NCBI GenBank assembly: GCA_964607485.1
Contig: CAZSKP010000069.1
Span: 1-10,971 of the forward strand
Direction of reading: 5' to 3'
Source: an uncultured bacterium
GTDB lineage: Bacteria; Abyssobacteria; SURF-5
DNA: 10,971 bases
This document shows, piece after piece, positions 7,241 to 10,971 of the stretch. The translations under genes were made by a program, and so were the position numbers. Within the stretch, counting starts at the first letter, position 1. Every line of letters begins with the position of its first letter. The notes beneath the pieces were generated by a model that made no database searches, was not told where the DNA came from, and worked only from the letters and a program-made list of their open reading frames with translations.

Positions 7241-8845
7241 CTATTTTTGGGTGGGCGTGGGGATGCGGGCGACTTCGTCGATGAAGCAGAAGGGGTCGCG
7301 CTGGCTGAAGATGTCGAGGCCGAAGCTGTGGGATATGGAGAGGCAGCCGCCGCACGCCGCGCGTATGGAGCAGCCACGGCACGCGTCGCTCCCCATGCGG
7401 TAACGATTTGCCGCCTCGGAATCGTACACGCCTTCGATGCCCTGCTCGAATACGTTGCCGATGGGCGAGGGAAATTTCCTGCACGCGTGCGCCTCGCCGT
7501 CGGAGAGCACGGTGATGAAGTTGAACGCCGCCCCGCAGCCGTAGCCGGTGCAGCCGTCGAAGAGGTCCATGCCCCGCGAGCGGAGCAGTATGTTGAAGAG
7601 GTTGTCTTTGAGGCGCATGTGCGGATGCTCCTCCGAAGCGCGGAGATATTCGTCCAGAAACGAGATGAACCGTTCGCGCTCGGGAAGGTGGAGCTTCGCG
7701 CCTTCGCCGACCATCGAAAGGCGATTGAAGTTGAACGACTTCGTGAGTCCCTCAAGCTCAAGCGCGAGAGGGATGACGTCGTCGATGTTGTCTCTGGTGA
7801 CGGTGACCATCACCATCGAGTACACTCCCAGCTCCTTGAGGAGCCTGAGAAACCGCACCGCCCGCCCGTGATATCCCTTGCCGCGTATTCTGTCGTTTTC
7901 CGGCTCGAGGCCCTCGAAGCTTATCTGAAAAAACGACGGCACGCTGATGGCGAGTATTTCCTCAAGCCTCTTCCGCGACGTGGGGTTTCCGAGGATGCCG
8001 ACCTGAAACCCCATATCCACCGTACGGCGGTACAGTTCGTTGAAACGGGGATACAGGAGCGGATTCCCGCCGGAGAACGTCACCTGGCCGGAGACGTTCA
8101 GCTTCCTGCAGAAAGTTTTGAGGTCATCCAGCACGGCGAACGCCGTTTCGAGGGGCATCGGCGCGCGGTCGCTGCGGTCGTAGCAGTGCAGACACCGGAG
8201 GTCGCACGTCTGCGTGATGTGCCACTGAATTGTAAAGACGCCGACGCTCAAGAACTCCTCGCGCGCGCCTTCCACCGTTGTAAACACGGCAGGGTCGCGC
8301 CGAATGAGAGACGGAGGCGTCAGGATGAGTCCCATTTCCTCGCCCTGTGCAATGATGTGTTCCACCGTATCCACAGGGAGTCCCCCGATACGAGCCGCCT
8401 CCTCTGGCGCAATCTCCTCCACCGCCATCTTCAGCACCAGCAGGTCTTCGTCGGTGGCCGGACGGATGTAAACCTCGCCCGATTTCGGTCCCTTCCACAC
8501 GAGGACCCTCTCCGCTCCCTCCTCCGGCCCTGCGGCCACGGAGCCGCTTTCAGAAGGAAGCAGCGAGCACAGGTTTTTCCAGGAAAGTTCCAGCAGCCTG
8601 AGGGTTGGATTCACCTCAGGCGCCTGCGCTTCTGCATTGGCGGGCGCGTCGGAGGTCTTCACCTCGTGATACGCCCATTCGAGGCGCGCAAGCTCTGCGG
8701 CAAACCCGGGCGCTGCTTCGATTGACGCCAGCGCTTCGGGAAACCGCTCCGGCCCACCTTCGCAGAGCGCGACGGCCTTCTTCCAGACGTTCTCCTTAAT
8801 TATGGAGCGACAGGCGGGATACACCTCTTCAATCGTGTCATTCAT
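7241..8845 (-). CDS. sbtM: Radical SAM/SPASM peptide maturase, SbtM (selenobiotic / thio(seleno)oxazole) family
   Basis: Likely start ATG 8845 (534 aa; in-frame start at 8899 is possible). QWHITQTCDLRCLHCYDRS (CxxxCxxC), FSGGNP, and SPASM cysteines GCTGYGCGAAFNF...ACRKF...CRGC...CGGC...DPFC. About 200-aa N-terminal extension. Directly downstream of an SbtA-like peptide. Confidence 0.88.
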   Translation of the reverse strand: MNDTIEEVYPACRSIIKENVWKKAVALCEGGPERFPEALASIEAAPGFAAELARLEWAYHEVKTSDAPANAEAQAPEVNPTLRLLELSWKNLCSLLPSESGSVAAGPEEGAERVLVWKGPKSGEVYIRPATDEDLLVLKMAVEEIAPEEAARIGGLPVDTVEHIIAQGEEMGLILTPPSLIRRDPAVFTTVEGAREEFLSVGVFTIQWHITQTCDLRCLHCYDRSDRAPMPLETAFAVLDDLKTFCRKLNVSGQVTFSGGNPLLYPRFNELYRRTVDMGFQVGILGNPTSRKRLEEILAISVPSFFQISFEGLEPENDRIRGKGYHGRAVRFLRLLKELGVYSMVMVTVTRDNIDDVIPLALELEGLTKSFNFNRLSMVGEGAKLHLPERERFISFLDEYLRASEEHPHMRLKDNLFNILLRSRGMDLFDGCTGYGCGAAFNFITVLSDGEAHACRKFPSPIGNVFEQGIEGVYDSEAANRYRMGSDACRGCSIRAACGGCLSISHSFGLDIFSQRDPFCFIDEVARIPTPTQK

Positions 8846-8928
8846 GGCGTGTCTTCTATGGCATTCTGGTGTCGGGGCGGAAGCGCTACCAGATGTCACA
8901 GGTTATACTCATCATTTTCCCACAGAAA

Positions 8929-8967
8929 TCACCTTTTGTCAGAGTTATCTGACGCTGGTGAAGCGTC
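8929..8967 (-). other. Overlapping hairpins between precursor and maturase
   Basis: Stem 8938-8943/8948-8953 (extendable by 8929-8933/8957-8961) and alternative stem 8951-8956/8962-8967. No U-tract follows on the minus strand. Confidence 0.45.
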
Positions 8968-8976
8968 CGGCAAAGA

Positions 8977-9204
8977 CTATTTTCCCTTACAGGAACTTCC
9001 GGAGCAGGAACCTGCGGAGCAAGAGGTCTTCGCAGGGTCGGGAGTCTTCCCCGTACAGGAGGTCTTCTCCTGAGTCTTTCCCGTGCAGGAGGTGCACGAA
9101 CTCTTGCGGTGAGTTGCACAGCCGCTCGTGGTGAGCGAGGCGCCCGCAAGCAGGCCCACAATGCTCACTCCGGCAAGAATCTTCTTCAGGTCTTTCGTAT
9201 CCAT
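8977..9204 (-). CDS. sbtA: SbtA-family RiPP precursor peptide (radical SAM target), all-Cys form, 75 aa
   Basis: GGAGG SD 7 nt before ATG 9204. MDTKDLKKILAGVSIVGLLAGASL leader typical of the family, a core with six Ser-Cys dipeptides, TAG stop, adjacent to an SbtM-like radical SAM gene. Confidence 0.88.
   Translation of the reverse strand: MDTKDLKKILAGVSIVGLLAGASLTTSGCATHRKSSCTSCTGKTQEKTSCTGKTPDPAKTSCSAGSCSGSSCKGK
9042..9093. repeat. Intragenic direct repeat (30-nt period) encoding TSCTGKT twice
   Basis: 9042-9063 and 9072-9093 are 20/22 identical, with both differences synonymous. A third partial KTSC unit follows. Confidence 0.8.
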
Positions 9205-9375
9205 CCACAATCCTCCAGAATTTCGTCACTTCAGACTGGCACTTCCGCCCTTCAACACCATAAACCGAACTTTAGCATCAAGAAGGTGCTTCCGCTAGGC
9301 GGATTCGTGCAGCGGCATAAATGATGAGGGCCTGTTGTCTAAACGATTCCCCATGCAACAACGTTCCCCTGCCTC

Positions 9376-9489
9376 GTCATTGCGAGGAGCAAAGAGCTGC
9401 AAGCTCGGGCGACGAAGCAATCCCGAGACTATTGGGAAGACGCGTCCGAGATTGCTTCGGTCGAGTCTGTGACTCTCCCTCGCAATGAC
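9376..9489. repeat. Branched palindromic element (GTCATTGCGAGG...CGAAGCAATC / GATTGCTTCG...CCTCGCAATGAC)
   Basis: Perfect 12-bp outer stem (9376-9387/9478-9489), perfect 10-bp inner stem (9413-9422/9450-9459), and side hairpins GAGCT-GCA-AGCTC (9394-9406) and GAGTC-TGT-GACTC (9463-9475). Confidence 0.85.
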
Positions 9490-9553
9490 TTCAAACCATT
9501 TTCGCAATAAGCCGGTGAGCGTTAAGACTGTCACAAGAGAGAGACAGCCCGAA

Positions 9554-10971
9554 TCATTTGGGCGGGACGGGATTGTGGCAGGCGAAGAAGTGCGCGGGCG
9601 TGTGCTCGATCAGCCCGGGGACGACGCTGCTGCAAACGGGCAGCGCGTTGAAACAACGGGGGTGGAAGCTGCATCCGGGCGGCGGATTTATCGGAGAGGG
9701 AACGTCGCCGGGCAGCAGTATTCGTTTGCGTTTGTGCTCGGGGTCGGGCACCGGAATGGCCGACATCAACGCGACGGTGTACGGATGCCGCGGGCCGCTA
9801 TAGAGCTCCTCGCTCGCCGCCAGCTCCACGATTTTTCCCAAGTACATGACGGCCACGCGGCTGCTGATGTTCTCGACGACCCTGAGATCGTGCGCTATGA
9901 ACAGATACGAGATTCCGTACTCGGTCTGCAGGTCTTTGAGCAGATTGATTATCTGCGCCTGAATCGAGACGTCGAGCGCAGAGACGGGCTCGTCGCACAC
10001 GATGAAGCGCGGGTTCAGCGCCAGTGTGCGCGCTATCCCTATGCGCTGTCTTTGGCCGCCGCTGAATTCATGCGGATACCGTTCCAAGTGTTCGCCCGAC
10101 AGGCCCACTCGCTCGAGCAGTTGTGCGACCCGTTCGCGCCGCTCCCTGCCCTCGGCGAGCTTGTGGACCGTCATCGGCTCGCCGATTATGTTCTCGATGT
10201 TCATGCGCGGATTGAGCGAGCCGAACGGGTCCTGGAATATTATCTGCATCTCCTTGCGCATGACGCGCAGTTCGCTTTCGGAGAGCGTCTCGAGGGGCAG
10301 CCCGTCGAAAAAGACGCGGCCGTCGGTGGGCGGAATCAGCCGCAGGATTGTTCTTCCGAGAGTCGTTTTGCCGCAGCCGCTCTCGCCGACAAGCCCCAGC
10401 GTCTCGCCCGGCTTGACGAAGAGGCTGATGTCGTCCACCGCCCTGACGTATTCCTTCACCCTCGAAAACACTCCCGCTCGAACCGGGAAATATTTCTTGA
10501 GGTCGTCAACGCGCAGCAGAACGTCGTCGAGCGGTTCCAGCAGTTTCTGCTCCACATAGCGCTCCTTTATCGAGGCAACCGTTATGGTCGGACTTTTCAC
10601 CGGCGACCTGACCAGCACATAGAAAATCTGGAAGAGCAACCACGGGACGAGCGCCGGAAGGGCGAACACCAGCGCCGCCGCGGGCCACAGCACCGCGTTC
10701 ATGCCCCTCGACTTGCAGTCGTCGTACGTGTAAAACGCGATGTACCCCGGCACCGACAGCACCGCGCAGAGAATCGGCCAGAATATGCGGCAGTGTCCCC
10801 TCTCGATTGCCCGGTAGTAGGCATAGTAGCAGAGGAGTCCGTTGAGCGCTCCGAAGAAGCCTCCGACAAGAAACGCGACGACTGCCCATTTGATGTGCGG
10901 GCGGCGGTTGTGCCGCGCATCAACAAGCACCCAGTAGGCAAACGCCATCGCCAGAGCGGAGTTGACGCTCA
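9554..10971 (-). CDS. Oligopeptide/dipeptide ABC transporter ATP-binding protein (OppF/DppF/AppF type) with in-frame N-terminal membrane region; 5'-partial
   Basis: Walker A GESGCGKT, Q-loop IFQDP, signature FSGGQRQR, Walker B IVCDEP, H-loop AHDL, and a C-terminal HPYT...GCSFHPRC...C...ACH domain. The frame stays open to the window edge. A possible internal start is GTG 10555, after AAGGAG. Confidence 0.9.
   Translation of the reverse strand, partial: SVNSALAMAFAYWVLVDARHNRRPHIKWAVVAFLVGGFFGALNGLLCYYAYYRAIERGHCRIFWPILCAVLSVPGYIAFYTYDDCKSRGMNAVLWPAAALVFALPALVPWLLFQIFYVLVRSPVKSPTITVASIKERYVEQKLLEPLDDVLLRVDDLKKYFPVRAGVFSRVKEYVRAVDDISLFVKPGETLGLVGESGCGKTTLGRTILRLIPPTDGRVFFDGLPLETLSESELRVMRKEMQIIFQDPFGSLNPRMNIENIIGEPMTVHKLAEGRERRERVAQLLERVGLSGEHLERYPHEFSGGQRQRIGIARTLALNPRFIVCDEPVSALDVSIQAQIINLLKDLQTEYGISYLFIAHDLRVVENISSRVAVMYLGKIVELAASEELYSGPRHPYTVALMSAIPVPDPEHKRKRILLPGDVPSPINPPPGCSFHPRCFNALPVCSSVVPGLIEHTPAHFFACHNPVPPK

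Noticed and set aside
8929-8979. Selenocysteine or pyrrolysine read-through of sbtA, with the downstream hairpin as SECIS/PYLIS
   Set aside because: The stop is TAG and follows a natural-looking end (CKGK). Read-through adds only 15 residues without SC motifs before a TGA, and there is no in-frame TGA within the peptide.
9020-9095. Repeats as a mini CRISPR array
   Set aside because: The period is 30 nt, the unit is in-frame coding sequence with synonymous differences, there are no spacer-length unique segments, and no cas genes.
9554-10555. ABC ATPase as the exporter of the RiPP
   Set aside because: It is an OppF/DppF importer-type ATPase (HPY domain), probably the last gene of an upstream opp/dpp operon, and is separated from sbtA by about 350 bp containing a large palindrome.

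Overview
All convincing genes in this high-GC, probably anaerobic bacterial window lie on the minus strand. In transcription order (right to left): (1) a 5'-truncated OppF/DppF-type ABC ATPase whose frame begins with three tandem membrane repeats; (2) a RiPP pair: a 75-aa SbtA-family ('selenobiotic') precursor with a lipoprotein-like signal and six Ser-Cys motifs, then an SbtM-family radical SAM/SPASM maturase whose N-terminal domain resembles HvfC/BufC (DUF2063) partner proteins; (3) an AT-richer gene for a membrane-anchored HExxH protein, bracketed by a 25-bp inverted repeat; (4) an HddA-like GHMP kinase and a lipoprotein; (5) an overlapping metV / shortened, degenerate metF-like / iorA / (iorB start) operon. 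The spacers carry several distinct REP-like palindromes. The best leads are a possibly lipid-anchored, metal-binding thiooxazole RiPP and a MetVF-like module that seems to have lost its folate-site residues and is coupled to an IorAB oxidoreductase. Family assignments come from motif recognition only; no searches were run.
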